Source: Candidatus Caldarchaeales archaeon
GTDB taxonomy: Archaea > Thermoproteota > Nitrososphaeria_A > Caldarchaeales > Calditenuaceae
Direction of reading: 5' to 3'
DNA: 24,000 nucleotides
Assembly (NCBI GenBank): GCA_032249095.1
Contig: JAVVGN010000013.1
Span: 9,176-33,175, forward strand
The notes below the pieces were generated by a model, which was given only the letters and a program-made list of their open reading frames with translations, had not been told where the DNA came from and did no database searches. Position numbers and translations under genes: made by a program. This document shows positions 7,698 through 17,187 of the stretch, one piece after another; the stretch's first letter is position 1; each line of letters opens with the position of its first letter.

Positions 7698-9428
7698 GTG
7701 AGGCTGCTAACACCCTTGCGTCTCCTAAACCCTAGGCCTGGAGTCTACGTCTATGACTTCGGACAGAACTTTACGGGCTGGGTGAGGCTGACAGTAAGCG
7801 GCCCAAAAGGCGCTGAGGTCCGAATAAGGTATGCAGAGCTCTTGAGCCCCGACGGGTCAATAAACGTCTCAAACCTGAGGCGGGCCAAGGCGACAGACAT
7901 ATATATCCTTAGGGGCGAGGGTGTTGAGGTCTACGAGCCCAGATTCACCTACCATGGCTTCAGATACGTAGAGATCGTGGGCTTCCCGGGTGTCCCAAGC
8001 ATCAACAATCTACAGGGCGTCGCTGTTCACACGGATGTTGAGCCAACGGGTGGATTCGCATGCTCAACCCCACTCATCAACGAGATCCACAAGATCATAG
8101 TTTGGAGCCAGCTAAGCAATCTTATGGGCATCCCCACCGACTGCCCTCAGAGAGACGAACGCATGGGGTGGATGGGTGACGCGCAGCTGACAGCAGAGGA
8201 GGCGATATACAACTTCAACATGGCGGCCTTCTATACAAAGTGGGCCAGAGATATACGGCTGGCCCAAAAGGAGGACGGAAGCGTCCCAGACGTTGTCCCA
8301 CCCTATTGGGAACTCAACCCAGGCGACCCAGCATGGGGCGAAGCATGCATAATTATACCTTGGTACGTATACCTCTACTACGGCGACAGAAGGATACTTG
8401 AAGAGAACTATGACCTCATGAAGAACTGGGTTGATTTTCTTACAAGGAAGTCTAAAGACCGCCTCCTCAGCTTTAGCAAGTATGGAGACTGGTGCCCGCC
8501 CAGACAGATAAGGTCCCTGACGACGCCAGGCGAGATAGTATCAACACTCTGTTACTATGAGTCAGTACTGATATTTTCGAAGATCGCAGCGGAACTGGGG
8601 AGGGCTGACGATGCGACGAGTTATGCAAGGCTGGCTGAGGAGATAAGAGATGCATACAACCGGAAGTATCTCGGCGAGGATAGCTATATTGTTGGGGAGG
8701 GCGTCTATAGTCAGACGGCGAACTGTATCCCACTATTCTTCGACATGGTGCCGCCCGACAAGGTAGAGAAAGTGGTGAGAAAACTGCTAGACGACCTCGC
8801 CAATGCCCATGACTACCATTTGAATACCGGGATCGTGGGGACTAGGTACTTGCTGGAGGCGCTGACTAGGCATGGGCTGGCGGAAGCCGCATACCGTATA
8901 GTTACGCAGACGACATATCCGGGCTGGGGATACATGGTGCGGGAGGGGGCGACGACGCTTTGGGAGAGGTGGGAATATCTCACAGGCCCCGGTATGAACT
9001 CCCACAACCATATAATGCTTGGCAGTATAGACTCGTGGTTCTATAAGGCCCTCGCGGGGATAAACGCCGACCCAGACTACCCGGGATTTGAGAAGATCCT
9101 GATCAAGCCCCATGTCTTGGAAGGCCTCGACTGGGTGGAGGCCTCCTTGAAAACCATTCGCGGTACAATAGTCTCGCGGTGGGAGAAGAAGAATAGGTCA
9201 CTACTACTCGAGGTTGCAATACCTGTTAATAGTTGGGGCGAAGTCCACGTCCCAACCCTAGGCCTGAAGAGGTTGGTGGTTGAGGAAGGCGGGCGCGTGG
9301 TCTGGAGAGACGGCCACTTCATCGAGGGCGTCCTAGGAGTGGAGTCTGGGCGGCTTGAGGGCAACTATGTGGTGTTCAGGGTGGGCTCCGGTTCCTACAG
9401 GTTTCTCGTAAAAGAGGAGGCTACCTAG
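7698..9428 (+). CDS. GH78 alpha-L-rhamnosidase, catalytic (alpha/alpha)6 and C-terminal part, in the same frame as 6762..7673
   Basis: YDFGQNFTGWVRL, GIPTDCPQRDERMGWMGDAQ, YGDWCPP and TTLWERWE are GH78 catalytic-domain motifs. The frame is continuous with the upstream ORF apart from one TAA at 7671-7673. Confidence 0.85.
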   Translation: MRLLTPLRLLNPRPGVYVYDFGQNFTGWVRLTVSGPKGAEVRIRYAELLSPDGSINVSNLRRAKATDIYILRGEGVEVYEPRFTYHGFRYVEIVGFPGVPSINNLQGVAVHTDVEPTGGFACSTPLINEIHKIIVWSQLSNLMGIPTDCPQRDERMGWMGDAQLTAEEAIYNFNMAAFYTKWARDIRLAQKEDGSVPDVVPPYWELNPGDPAWGEACIIIPWYVYLYYGDRRILEENYDLMKNWVDFLTRKSKDRLLSFSKYGDWCPPRQIRSLTTPGEIVSTLCYYESVLIFSKIAAELGRADDATSYARLAEEIRDAYNRKYLGEDSYIVGEGVYSQTANCIPLFFDMVPPDKVEKVVRKLLDDLANAHDYHLNTGIVGTRYLLEALTRHGLAEAAYRIVTQTTYPGWGYMVREGATTLWERWEYLTGPGMNSHNHIMLGSIDSWFYKALAGINADPDYPGFEKILIKPHVLEGLDWVEASLKTIRGTIVSRWEKKNRSLLLEVAIPVNSWGEVHVPTLGLKRLVVEEGGRVVWRDGHFIEGVLGVESGRLEGNYVVFRVGSGSYRFLVKEEAT

Positions 9429-9634
9429 TCGACGGAGATAAAACCGCTCGGCATCCACCTTGAAGAGAGCCTTCAGGTCCTCACCCGCTACACGTGTAGA
9501 GGTGCCTAGTTGAGGCCGGTTATGCGAGTCAAGCGTACAGCCGCAGCTCGGTATAGACGTCTCACGCTATTTGCACCTAGTTGTGATGAAAAGCTTATGT
9601 GTAGGGGTTACCGACTCCCACCCGAGGGAACTGT

Positions 9635-10876
9635 TTGGCCCGTCTAGCTGTTAAGGGTGGTGAGCCGGTAGCCTCGGATCTTTCAAGACTTGTGCCTCAC
9701 TGGCCAACCCTTAGTGGGAGGGAGAGGGAGGCGCTGATACGGGTTCTAGAGGGGAGGAGGTGGTGCAGGCTTTATCCCGGGTCATACTGCGAGGCCTTCG
9801 AGGCAGCGTTCGCGGAGTATCATCACGCAAAACACGGAATCGCTGTCGCTAATGGTACGGTGGCTCTGGAGCTTGCCCTGAAGACCGTGGGCGTCAAGCA
9901 GGGCGACAAGGTCGCCGTACCGGCGGTGACCTTTATTGCATCCGCATCCGCCGCCACCGAGTTGGGGGCGATACCTGTCTTCGTCGATGTGGATCCTGAG
10001 ACAGGCAACATATCTCCAAGGCACCTGAAAGAAGTCGTGGATGAGGTGGATGTGAAAGCCGTTGTCGCGGTACACTATGGAGGTAATCCAATAAACTTCG
10101 ATAAGATCAGGCCCATCCTCGCCCAACGCGGTATTAAGCTGATAGAGGACTGCGCCCACGCGCATGGGTCGGAGTGGCGTGGCAGACGGGTCGGAGCAAT
10201 AGGGGATATAGGCGGCTTCTCCTTCCAAGAAAGCAAATCCCTAACGGCCGGCGAGGGCGGAATAGTCTTGACAGACAGCGATGAGTATGCGGGGAAGGCG
10301 AGGCTTATACACAACATCGGCAGGGTCGTGGGCAGGCCTGGATACGAGCACTACATCCTGAGCTCAAACTACCGGATGACGGAATTTCAGGCGGCTCTGC
10401 TTCTGGCCAAGATGGACGAGTTTAAGGAGCAGGTCGAGATTAAGCACAGGAACGGAGAATATCTCGCATCCAAGCTCAGGAAGATAGACGGGATAGAGCC
10501 CCAAAAAATGGAGGATGGTGTGACCAAGAGAGGATACTACTACTTTGTCTTCAGATACGATGCTGAGAGATTCGCGGGATTGACGAAGAGTAGATTCATC
10601 GAGGCGCTGAGAGCCGAGGGAGTCCCAGCCGACACCGGCTACGGAATGCCCCTGTATAGACAGAGAGCCTTCGGGCGCGAAGAATTCCTCGAGGTAATGC
10701 CGCCGGGGACCCAGTACCCTGGCTACGACCAGCTATACCTCCCCGGCGCCGAAGCCTTCACCAGGTCAGAGGTAACCCTCCTACACCATATCCTTCTAGC
10801 AGAGAGACACGCCCTCGACCTCGTCGTCGCGGCGGTTGAGAAAATTAAAGAAAACGTAGATGAGCTACTAGCTTAA
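9635..10876 (+). CDS. DegT/DnrJ/EryC1/StrS-family PLP-dependent aminotransferase
   Basis: It has a TTG start. LAVKGGEPV, GIAVANGTVALELAL, IEDCAHAHG and FSFQESKSLTAGEGG (PLP lysine region) are characteristic of the family. Confidence 0.85.
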   Translation: MARLAVKGGEPVASDLSRLVPHWPTLSGREREALIRVLEGRRWCRLYPGSYCEAFEAAFAEYHHAKHGIAVANGTVALELALKTVGVKQGDKVAVPAVTFIASASAATELGAIPVFVDVDPETGNISPRHLKEVVDEVDVKAVVAVHYGGNPINFDKIRPILAQRGIKLIEDCAHAHGSEWRGRRVGAIGDIGGFSFQESKSLTAGEGGIVLTDSDEYAGKARLIHNIGRVVGRPGYEHYILSSNYRMTEFQAALLLAKMDEFKEQVEIKHRNGEYLASKLRKIDGIEPQKMEDGVTKRGYYYFVFRYDAERFAGLTKSRFIEALRAEGVPADTGYGMPLYRQRAFGREEFLEVMPPGTQYPGYDQLYLPGAEAFTRSEVTLLHHILLAERHALDLVVAAVEKIKENVDELLA

Positions 10877-10889
10877 GTGGTGGGTATAT

Positions 10890-11978
10890 TTGACGGAGGT
10901 CAGGCTAGAAAAGGTAAGCAAATATTTCGGCGAGACTAAGGCGGTCGACAACGTTGACCTACACATAAAGCACGGAGAGTTCATCGTCCTCCTAGGACCC
11001 TCAGGGTGTGGGAAAACGACGACTCTTAGGCTAATAGCGGGTCTGGAGAAGCCCACTTCGGGACAAATATGGTTTGACAATGAGGTCGTAAATGATTTAG
11101 AGCCTAAGGACAGGAGGGTGGCCATGGTCTTCCAGGACTACGCGCTCTACCCCCACATGACTGTCTTCGACAACATGGCCCTAAATCTACGCATCCGCAA
11201 GCTGCCAGAGGACGAGATCCAGAAGAGGGTCTCCGAGACAGCCGAGCTGCTAGGTATTAAGCACTTGCTCAAGAGAAAGCCTGCCCAGCTCAGCGGCGGC
11301 GAGCAACAGCGCGTCGCGTTGGGGCGCGCAATAGTTCGGGAACCCTCCGTCTTCCTTATGGACGAGCCATTATCAAACCTAGACGCGGCCTTGAGGGCTA
11401 AGATGAGGGGCGAGTTGAAGAAGCTTCATGAGCGGCTCAGAACAACGACTGTCTATGTAACTCATGATCAAGTGGAGGCGATGGTGATGGCGAACATGAT
11501 AGCCGTGATGAAGGATGGTAGAGTGCAACAAGTCGGGACCCCCCAGGAGATCTACTCCAAGCCTGCCAACCGCTTCGTCGCAGAATTCGTGGGTAGTCCA
11601 AAAATGAACATCTTTGAGGCCACCCTCGATGAAAAGAGGGGAAACGTGCTTGACGCGGGGGCATTCGAGATTGCTATCCCCCAAAACATCGCTACAATCC
11701 TAAAGGCAGCATCATCAAGCCTCGAGTTCCTAGTAGGAATTAGGCCGGAGGACGTGAGGCTATCACCCACCGCGGAGGAGGGATTCATCGGGTCGACGGT
11801 CTATCTCGTCGAGAACATCGGAAACCTTGCGTACGTCACGCTCCAAGTAGGGGATATACTCGTGGTGGCGCAGGTGCCTCCGACCGTTAACTTGAATGTG
11901 GGTGATGAGGCGTTCTTCCAGCTTAACATCGAGAGAATACACATTTTCGACAAGAAGACGGAGACGCTTCTAATCTAG
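10890..11978 (+). CDS. Sugar ABC transporter ATP-binding protein (MalK/UgpC-like, with a C-terminal regulatory/TOBE domain)
   Basis: Walker A GPSGCGKTT, Q-loop, signature LSGGEQQRVALGRA, Walker B VFLMDEPLSNLD and H-loop VTHDQ are present, plus a C-terminal beta-barrel domain of about 120 aa. Confidence 0.9.
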   Translation: MTEVRLEKVSKYFGETKAVDNVDLHIKHGEFIVLLGPSGCGKTTTLRLIAGLEKPTSGQIWFDNEVVNDLEPKDRRVAMVFQDYALYPHMTVFDNMALNLRIRKLPEDEIQKRVSETAELLGIKHLLKRKPAQLSGGEQQRVALGRAIVREPSVFLMDEPLSNLDAALRAKMRGELKKLHERLRTTTVYVTHDQVEAMVMANMIAVMKDGRVQQVGTPQEIYSKPANRFVAEFVGSPKMNIFEATLDEKRGNVLDAGAFEIAIPQNIATILKAASSSLEFLVGIRPEDVRLSPTAEEGFIGSTVYLVENIGNLAYVTLQVGDILVVAQVPPTVNLNVGDEAFFQLNIERIHIFDKKTETLLI

Positions 11979-11979
11979 T

Positions 11980-12834
11980 TTAACGGCCGAACGCCATGAA
12001 GGAGACCCCTCTCCTAATCTTCTCAGCGAAAACTGTATAGAGCACTATGGTTGGGATGGCAGAGATTATGACGGCCGCGCTTTGAGCAACGTAGTCGTTC
12101 CCATACCTGCCTGTTGTGAAGTTGAGAAGGTTTATAGGGACTGTGAAGTTAGATGGTGAGCGGAGGAACACGAAGGCGAACAAGAAATCATTCCAGACAC
12201 CGATGAACGTTATGATGGCGACGGTTAGGATGGTTGGAAGCGCTAGAGGCAGCATGATTTTAGTATATATTGAATAGTTCGACAACCCGTCAACCTTGGC
12301 CGAGTCTTGGATGGTCTGGGGGACAGAGACGAAGAATGCCTTCATGAATAGGATAGCGAATGGCAGGTTCCAGCCGACATACGACAGTATTAGTCCAAGA
12401 TGCGTATCTATCAGGCCGAGGTCTCTGAGTAGTAGTAATAACGGTACTAGCACGGCGTGTGGTGCTATGAAGAATCCCGCGATTAGAAGGTTAGACACAA
12501 GGGTCCTGAGCCGGAACTCAACCCGAGAAGTTGCGTACGCCGCCAATGGCGCAATGATTGATATCAACGCTATCGAGCTTAGGGAGACGATAAGGCTGTT
12601 GACCACCGCTATACCCATGTTGCCTCTTTCAAGCGCCTTGATGTAGTTCTCCAGGGTGGGGTTAGATGGTAGGCCCCACGGGTCTAGGAACAGCTCCCTA
12701 TTCGTTTTGAAGGATGTGGATACTGTCCAAAGAAGGGGATAAATCATGATGGCGGAGATTAACGCAAGGACTATACCGAGAATCACCAGCCGGAGCCTCC
12801 TCCTCAACAAGGCGCCCCTCCTCCTATCCAACAC
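11980..12834 (-). CDS. Carbohydrate ABC transporter permease (MalG-type)
   Basis: Six predicted TM helices and the EAA-loop region SAKVDGLSNYSIYTKIMLPLALP. It is adjacent to a second permease and a binding protein. Confidence 0.85.
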   Translation of the reverse strand: MLDRRRGALLRRRLRLVILGIVLALISAIMIYPLLWTVSTSFKTNRELFLDPWGLPSNPTLENYIKALERGNMGIAVVNSLIVSLSSIALISIIAPLAAYATSRVEFRLRTLVSNLLIAGFFIAPHAVLVPLLLLLRDLGLIDTHLGLILSYVGWNLPFAILFMKAFFVSVPQTIQDSAKVDGLSNYSIYTKIMLPLALPTILTVAIITFIGVWNDFLFAFVFLRSPSNFTVPINLLNFTTGRYGNDYVAQSAAVIISAIPTIVLYTVFAEKIRRGVSFMAFGR

Positions 12835-12837
12835 GAA

Positions 12838-13776
12838 TCACCTCGTCAACTTTGAACGCACCACTTTAATCATAAACTGTACAATGACAAAGCTGAACAC
12901 AAACACCGTGACTCCTATTGCTGCGCCGTATCCTGGCTCCGATGAGCGGAATGCGGCTCTATAAAGCCAGGTCGTGGTCACATGGGTGGTGTCGCTTGGT
13001 CCGCCTTGAGTCATAACCCAGATTAGATCGAAGAACTTGAAGGCCCCAGAAATATCTATTATCATGAGCACCACTATCAGCTCCTTAAGCAGTGGCAAGG
13101 TAATCTTCCTGAACTCCTGGAACCCTGAGAGACCATCTATCCTCGCTGACTCAAAGATGCTGGGAGGTATGCTCCTAAGGGTCGCTATAGTCATCGTCGT
13201 TGTCAAACCTATGTATATCCAGTTTACTGTCCCGAAGATCGCGATAAGGGCCGTGTTAATATCGCCTAACCAAGGGCGGGCAAGAAATCCGAGCCCCACC
13301 GTGCGGAGGAATACGTTTACCGACCCGAAATATGGGTTGTACATCCACGTCCAGACGAGAGAAACGGCGACGGAAGATATGACGTAGGGGAGAAAGATAA
13401 TCGCCCAAAACAGCCTTCCCACCCTCCTATATCTTAGAATTATCGTAGCGAGAGCCACCCCTATGGGTATCTGGATCGCCGACGACTGCCCCGCGAGCAA
13501 AGCAACATTCAGGAGAGAGCGGAGATATACGGGGTCGTCGAGAAACATCCTTCTAAAGTTCTCGAGGCCGACAAACACCATGTTGGGGCTGACGAAGTTC
13601 CATCTGAATAGGCTGAGATAAAACATCTGTGCTAGGGGGTAGAAGATGAACAGGCCGACAAAGATAAGGGCGGGTAGGGACAAAACTAGTCCTGAGCCAG
13701 AGTCTAGAAGTCTCCGTATAGCTTGAGGGGAAAAAATAGTGGTTCTAAGGTTACTGGGCTCCCTAGACCTGCTCAA
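12838..13776 (-). CDS. Carbohydrate ABC transporter permease (MalF-type)
   Basis: Multi-TM protein with the EAA loop ESARIDGLSGFQEFRKITLPLL. It overlaps the end of the binding-protein gene (13763-13776). Confidence 0.85.
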   Translation of the reverse strand: MSRSREPSNLRTTIFSPQAIRRLLDSGSGLVLSLPALIFVGLFIFYPLAQMFYLSLFRWNFVSPNMVFVGLENFRRMFLDDPVYLRSLLNVALLAGQSSAIQIPIGVALATIILRYRRVGRLFWAIIFLPYVISSVAVSLVWTWMYNPYFGSVNVFLRTVGLGFLARPWLGDINTALIAIFGTVNWIYIGLTTTMTIATLRSIPPSIFESARIDGLSGFQEFRKITLPLLKELIVVLMIIDISGAFKFFDLIWVMTQGGPSDTTHVTTTWLYRAAFRSSEPGYGAAIGVTVFVFSFVIVQFMIKVVRSKLTR

Positions 13777-15118
13777 TCGGTAAGACCCCTTGTTGGTGGA
13801 GCTCCCTCGCCGCCGCCTCTTGTGCTTCAGCCATTTGTTCAGGGGTCATCGTTCCCGCAGCGACAGCAGCGAGAGAATCTAGATGCACCTGCGCGAACTT
13901 TGGAGGTGAGTACTCGTCATAGGCCATCTGGAGCCAGCTTGCTCTTGAGGCAGACTCGATAACCTTCATCAGAACCTCGGGATACTGCTCGGTGGGAACC
14001 TTCACGTTCTGAGCTAAAGGCGCTTTGCTTAACTCTGCGTATCTAACCATGCTCTCCTCCCTCGTTATAAACCTCAGGAACTCGTATGCATACTTCTTAA
14101 CACTCGCCGGAATATTTTTTGCTATTGCGTAGTGGTGTTGAACGGCTCCCAGTAGCATGGTTGGGTCGCCTTTGCCCCCGGGGACTATCGGGAAGTTGAT
14201 TATGTCTATCGGGAAGTCGGGGAAGGAGGCGAACAGGTCTCCAAGTATCCATGGACCCTGAAGCCACATCGCTGCCTTACCGGTGAAGAAGAGGTTCTGA
14301 GCCTCGTCGTAACTAGCGCCTATGAAGCCCTCTTGGAATGCCCCGAGGTCGACCAGCTCTTTAAACAAGTATCCAGCCTTTATCCAGTGCTCGTCCGTGA
14401 AGCTGTATCCAGGAGCCCTGTTAATTGTTTTTCTAAAAGCATCAGATCCGGCGAGCCTGTCAACAAGGTACATGTAATAGAAGGAGAGCTCCCACTTATC
14501 CTTGCCACCAACCGCTATGGGGATTATCCCCGCGGCCTTGAACTTCTTTATTGCCTCCTTAAATTCGTCCCAAGTCCAAGCTTTTGTGATTGGCGGTATC
14601 TCCACGCCTGCCTTCTGGAAGAGCTCTCTATTGATGTAAAAGTGTCCGACCCAAAGGTCGAATGGCACTGCATAGTGGCGGCCTCCCCAAGTCGACTGTC
14701 TGAGCATCGCCCTCGGGATCTGCTTAACTGCCCAGTCCTCATTCAAGAGGTCGGTAAGGTCTTCGACGTGGCCGCCGTCAACATACGACTTTAGGACACC
14801 TCCTCCCAGCGTCCTGAACACTGCTGGAGGTTGCCCAGCCGCTATCGATGCCTCAAACTTGGTCTTGAACTCCTCGTCTGAGGAGAACTCGACGATGACT
14901 ATCTCCACCTCTGGATGCTGCTTCTCAAACGCTGCCTTCATCTCTTCGGCCCACTTCAGACGAGCCTCGCCCCACTCATCCCACCACTCGATCTTTATCT
15001 TCTCAGCAGGTCTCTGCACAGACGTTAGCAATACCGCTCCGACTGCGACCAGAACTACGACCGCGGCGATGACCGCGAATAAGATGGTCCTCCGCGAAGT
15101 TTTTACAGGTTGAACCAA
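13763..15118 (-). CDS. Extracellular sugar-binding protein of the ABC transporter (family 1 SBP), N-terminally anchored
   Basis: TTG start and an N-terminal TM anchor (RRTILFAVIAAVVVLVAVGAVLL). Size and composition are SBP_bac_1-like (IEWWDEWGE, AAMWLQGPW). Confidence 0.85.
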   Translation of the reverse strand: MVQPVKTSRRTILFAVIAAVVVLVAVGAVLLTSVQRPAEKIKIEWWDEWGEARLKWAEEMKAAFEKQHPEVEIVIVEFSSDEEFKTKFEASIAAGQPPAVFRTLGGGVLKSYVDGGHVEDLTDLLNEDWAVKQIPRAMLRQSTWGGRHYAVPFDLWVGHFYINRELFQKAGVEIPPITKAWTWDEFKEAIKKFKAAGIIPIAVGGKDKWELSFYYMYLVDRLAGSDAFRKTINRAPGYSFTDEHWIKAGYLFKELVDLGAFQEGFIGASYDEAQNLFFTGKAAMWLQGPWILGDLFASFPDFPIDIINFPIVPGGKGDPTMLLGAVQHHYAIAKNIPASVKKYAYEFLRFITREESMVRYAELSKAPLAQNVKVPTEQYPEVLMKVIESASRASWLQMAYDEYSPPKFAQVHLDSLAAVAAGTMTPEQMAEAQEAAARELHQQGVLPIEQV

Positions 15119-15146
15119 TTTTCCTCAGCCCATCTATCTTCCTGCT

Positions 15147-15168
15147 CCTTTAAATCTTTTTTTAAGTG
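15147..15168 (-). promoter_or_regulatory. TATA-box region for the SBP-permease operon
   Basis: The minus strand reads GATTTAAAGG (15156-15147), about 33 nt upstream of the TTG start at 15118. A second A-rich box lies at 15157-15168. Confidence 0.4.
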
Positions 15169-15397
15169 ACAGTTCTCTCGGGCTGAGTCTTGAATCACCG
15201 GTCAACACATGTTTGTATAGATTTTTGTTAAATCGCATTAGATTATCGTGCACATGTTTTAGTAAAAACACTATGTGATCGCTCGTGTGGGAGAGTTGTT
15301 AATGGTTTTTCCCCAACGACTCTGCGTCGGTGGAGTTTATGCTTCCCTATTCAGGGGAGAATGGTGTTCTCGGCCTGAGGGTCCTAGGGTGACTCTC

Positions 15398-15408
15398 TAT
15401 TTTAAATA
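15398..15408 (+). promoter_or_regulatory. TATA box for the Zn-ribbon / aEF-1beta operon
   Basis: TATTTTAAATA is centred about 36 nt upstream of ATG 15439. Confidence 0.5.
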
Positions 15409-15438
15409 GTGGTCAACCTAACCTAGCGTGCGTAAGCA

Positions 15439-15621
15439 ATGGCTGTAAAGTCTATAGTGTTCCCACAGTGCACGTCCTGTAACAGGCCGATAACGCCTGA
15501 TATGCGTGCTGTAAGTTTTCCGTGTCCGAGCTGCGCTAAGGTGACGATATGGAGGTGTGAGATCTGTCGGGATCTTGTGAGGGTGTATGTCTGTCCCGCG
15601 TGTGGTTTTGAGGGGCCGTGA
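15439..15621 (+). CDS. Small Zn-ribbon protein (four CxxC pairs) conserved upstream of aEF-1beta
   Basis: CTSC, CPSC, CEIC and CPAC occur within 60 aa. Its stop overlaps the start of the aEF-1beta gene, a conserved archaeal gene pair. Confidence 0.7.
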   Translation: MAVKSIVFPQCTSCNRPITPDMRAVSFPCPSCAKVTIWRCEICRDLVRVYVCPACGFEGP

Positions 15622-15899
15622 GGGTTATGGCGCGGGTAATTCTTGCTGTGAGGATCATGCCTCAGGACTCTGAGGTCGATTTGGCCGGGCTGGAAGCGGA
15701 GCTGCGCGATAGGCTTCCGGAGGGGTTTAAGCTTCTGTCCGTAAGCCGAGAGGCAGTGGCCTTCGGGCTGGAGAGTCTGGTCGCCTGGTTCTCTGTCCCT
15801 GAGCGGGAGGGAGTCTCTGAGGCCCTCGAGGCATACATAACCTCAATACGCGGCGTGGGTGAAATAAGTATCGAGGCCATGTCTAGGGCCGCTGACTAG
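15618..15899 (+). CDS. Translation elongation factor aEF-1 beta
   Basis: About 90 aa. ARVILAVRIMPQDSEVDL ... VAFGLESLVAWFSVPE ... ISIEAM matches the aEF-1beta pattern. The start may be ATG 15627 rather than GTG 15618. Confidence 0.8.
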   Translation: MRVMARVILAVRIMPQDSEVDLAGLEAELRDRLPEGFKLLSVSREAVAFGLESLVAWFSVPEREGVSEALEAYITSIRGVGEISIEAMSRAAD

Positions 15900-15900
15900 C

Positions 15901-17187
15901 TTATCTCCTCCTCCGCCTACGCGACCTGCTCAGAACTACTATGCCTGCCGCGGCGATAAGCACCATAAAGAGCGACAGCTCGACGGAGAGCATGATGAGG
16001 GACTGGAACTCCTGCCCCGATACCGTCTGTGGGGGTGGGGTCCCGGAACTCTTTACTCTCCCACCTGAGACCTCGAAGGCCCCCACGTCCACCCTCACCC
16101 TGTTTCCACCGGCGTCCGAGGCCTCGACCATCACGCGCAGAGTGCCCTCGCCCTCGGGCACCCTCAGCTCGGCGTAGTATGTGTCGCCGCTCTTGGACAT
16201 AGCGGCCGTGACCACGGTCGTGCCGAGCATGGCCAGCGCCGTGGGCCCCTCTGCGAGGTCGTTGTCGGGGTCTGAGACCCTAGCCCGTAGCCTAATGCTG
16301 GCTCCGTCCTCCGAGGGGGTGGCGGAGGCGTCAGATATCGTGGGGGGCCTTGAGAAGCTCGCGACAAGTATGTTTTTGAGCGACTTGCCTAGGATATACA
16401 CCTCTGATCCGCCGCGGAGAGCCGCCTGCGCCACCCCATCGTAGAGGGCCTCCCTCACGACCTCTGACCCAGATACATGTATGATGAGCTCGGTCACCGG
16501 CGAGAGCAGTACAAGCCTATCGGACTCTAGTGCCAGCGCCTCGTCTCCGAGGTATACTCTCGTCTTTAGGTCAACCCGCCGCTCCACGCCTCGGACTGAG
16601 ACGAGCGCCGCCTCGCCCTCACGGCTTATCGCCCAAACCTTGCCGCCCGACGAGGCCAATAATAGCGGCTCGAGGCCGGGCTTGAACTCCTTGTAGCCCT
16701 CCCTCCCTATCTCCACCATGAGGAGGTGGCCAGCCTGAGTTCTCAGCCAGACATATCGCCCAGATCCTGCGGCCACTCCATACCTCTCGAGCTCGACGGA
16801 TATGCTCGTCTCCCAGAGAACTTCGCCCGAGGGTGAGACGTGTTGTAGTAGTGTGATTGTGGGGAGCTTTCTGATGAGGGCGAAGCCCGCGTCGACGGGC
16901 ACCACCGCGTCTATCATGCCTGGGCCCGAAGCCTCTAGTACAACACGGGCGCTGGCGGCCTCTATGATCGCTAGCCCGAGGGAGCCAGGCGAATAGGCCG
17001 CGACGGCACCTGCGCTGTATGTTAGGTGTGTGGCCTTAAACCCGAGCCTGATGTATCGCAGCCCAGCATCCGGCACATAGAGGCCGATAGAACTCTGCCC
17101 AGGAAGGGCGAACCAGACCTCCCCCCTATCGCCAACAACCATGTCGCTGGGCTCAGACTCGAGGGGAATATTCTCAAGGGAGCGCAC
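15901..17187 (-). CDS. Secreted, C-terminally membrane-anchored repeat protein (beta-propeller-like N-terminal part, Ig-like domain, TM helix, poly-Arg tail); function unknown
   Basis: The C-terminus is LIMLSVELSLFMVLIAAAGIVVLSRSRRRRRR. The frame stays open upstream to 17274 and encodes a signal-peptide-like segment, so the real start probably lies upstream of the GTG at 17187. Confidence 0.6.
   Translation of the reverse strand: MRSLENIPLESEPSDMVVGDRGEVWFALPGQSSIGLYVPDAGLRYIRLGFKATHLTYSAGAVAAYSPGSLGLAIIEAASARVVLEASGPGMIDAVVPVDAGFALIRKLPTITLLQHVSPSGEVLWETSISVELERYGVAAGSGRYVWLRTQAGHLLMVEIGREGYKEFKPGLEPLLLASSGGKVWAISREGEAALVSVRGVERRVDLKTRVYLGDEALALESDRLVLLSPVTELIIHVSGSEVVREALYDGVAQAALRGGSEVYILGKSLKNILVASFSRPPTISDASATPSEDGASIRLRARVSDPDNDLAEGPTALAMLGTTVVTAAMSKSGDTYYAELRVPEGEGTLRVMVEASDAGGNRVRVDVGAFEVSGGRVKSSGTPPPQTVSGQEFQSLIMLSVELSLFMVLIAAAGIVVLSRSRRRRRR

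Noticed and set aside
3778-9648. 9-nt identity CCGTCTAGC at 3778-3786 (nosZ promoter) and 9640-9648
   Set aside because: 9-mer repeats are expected in the hundreds by chance at this window size. The second copy lies inside the first codons of the aminotransferase gene.
9583-9650. Possible C/D-box sRNA (GTGATGA at 9583-9589)
   Set aside because: There is no CTGA D or D' box and no second C' box within the following 70 nt.
8473-11788. Antisense or alternative-frame ORFs inside the rhamnosidase, aminotransferase and ABC-ATPase genes (for example 8473..8733, 8787..9113, 9077..9364, 9782..10228, 10075..10317, 10868..11125, 11379..11788)
   Set aside because: They are embedded in well-supported genes. 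Their Pro/Ser/Arg-rich composition is typical of wrong-frame translation of GC-rich coding DNA.
11976-11982. Convergent genes ending 1 nt apart (11978/11980 and again 15899/15901), and a 32-nt convergent overlap at 22065-22096
   Set aside because: Tight or overlapping convergent gene ends are common in compact archaeal genomes. No additional signal, such as a shared hairpin or T-tract, was seen.
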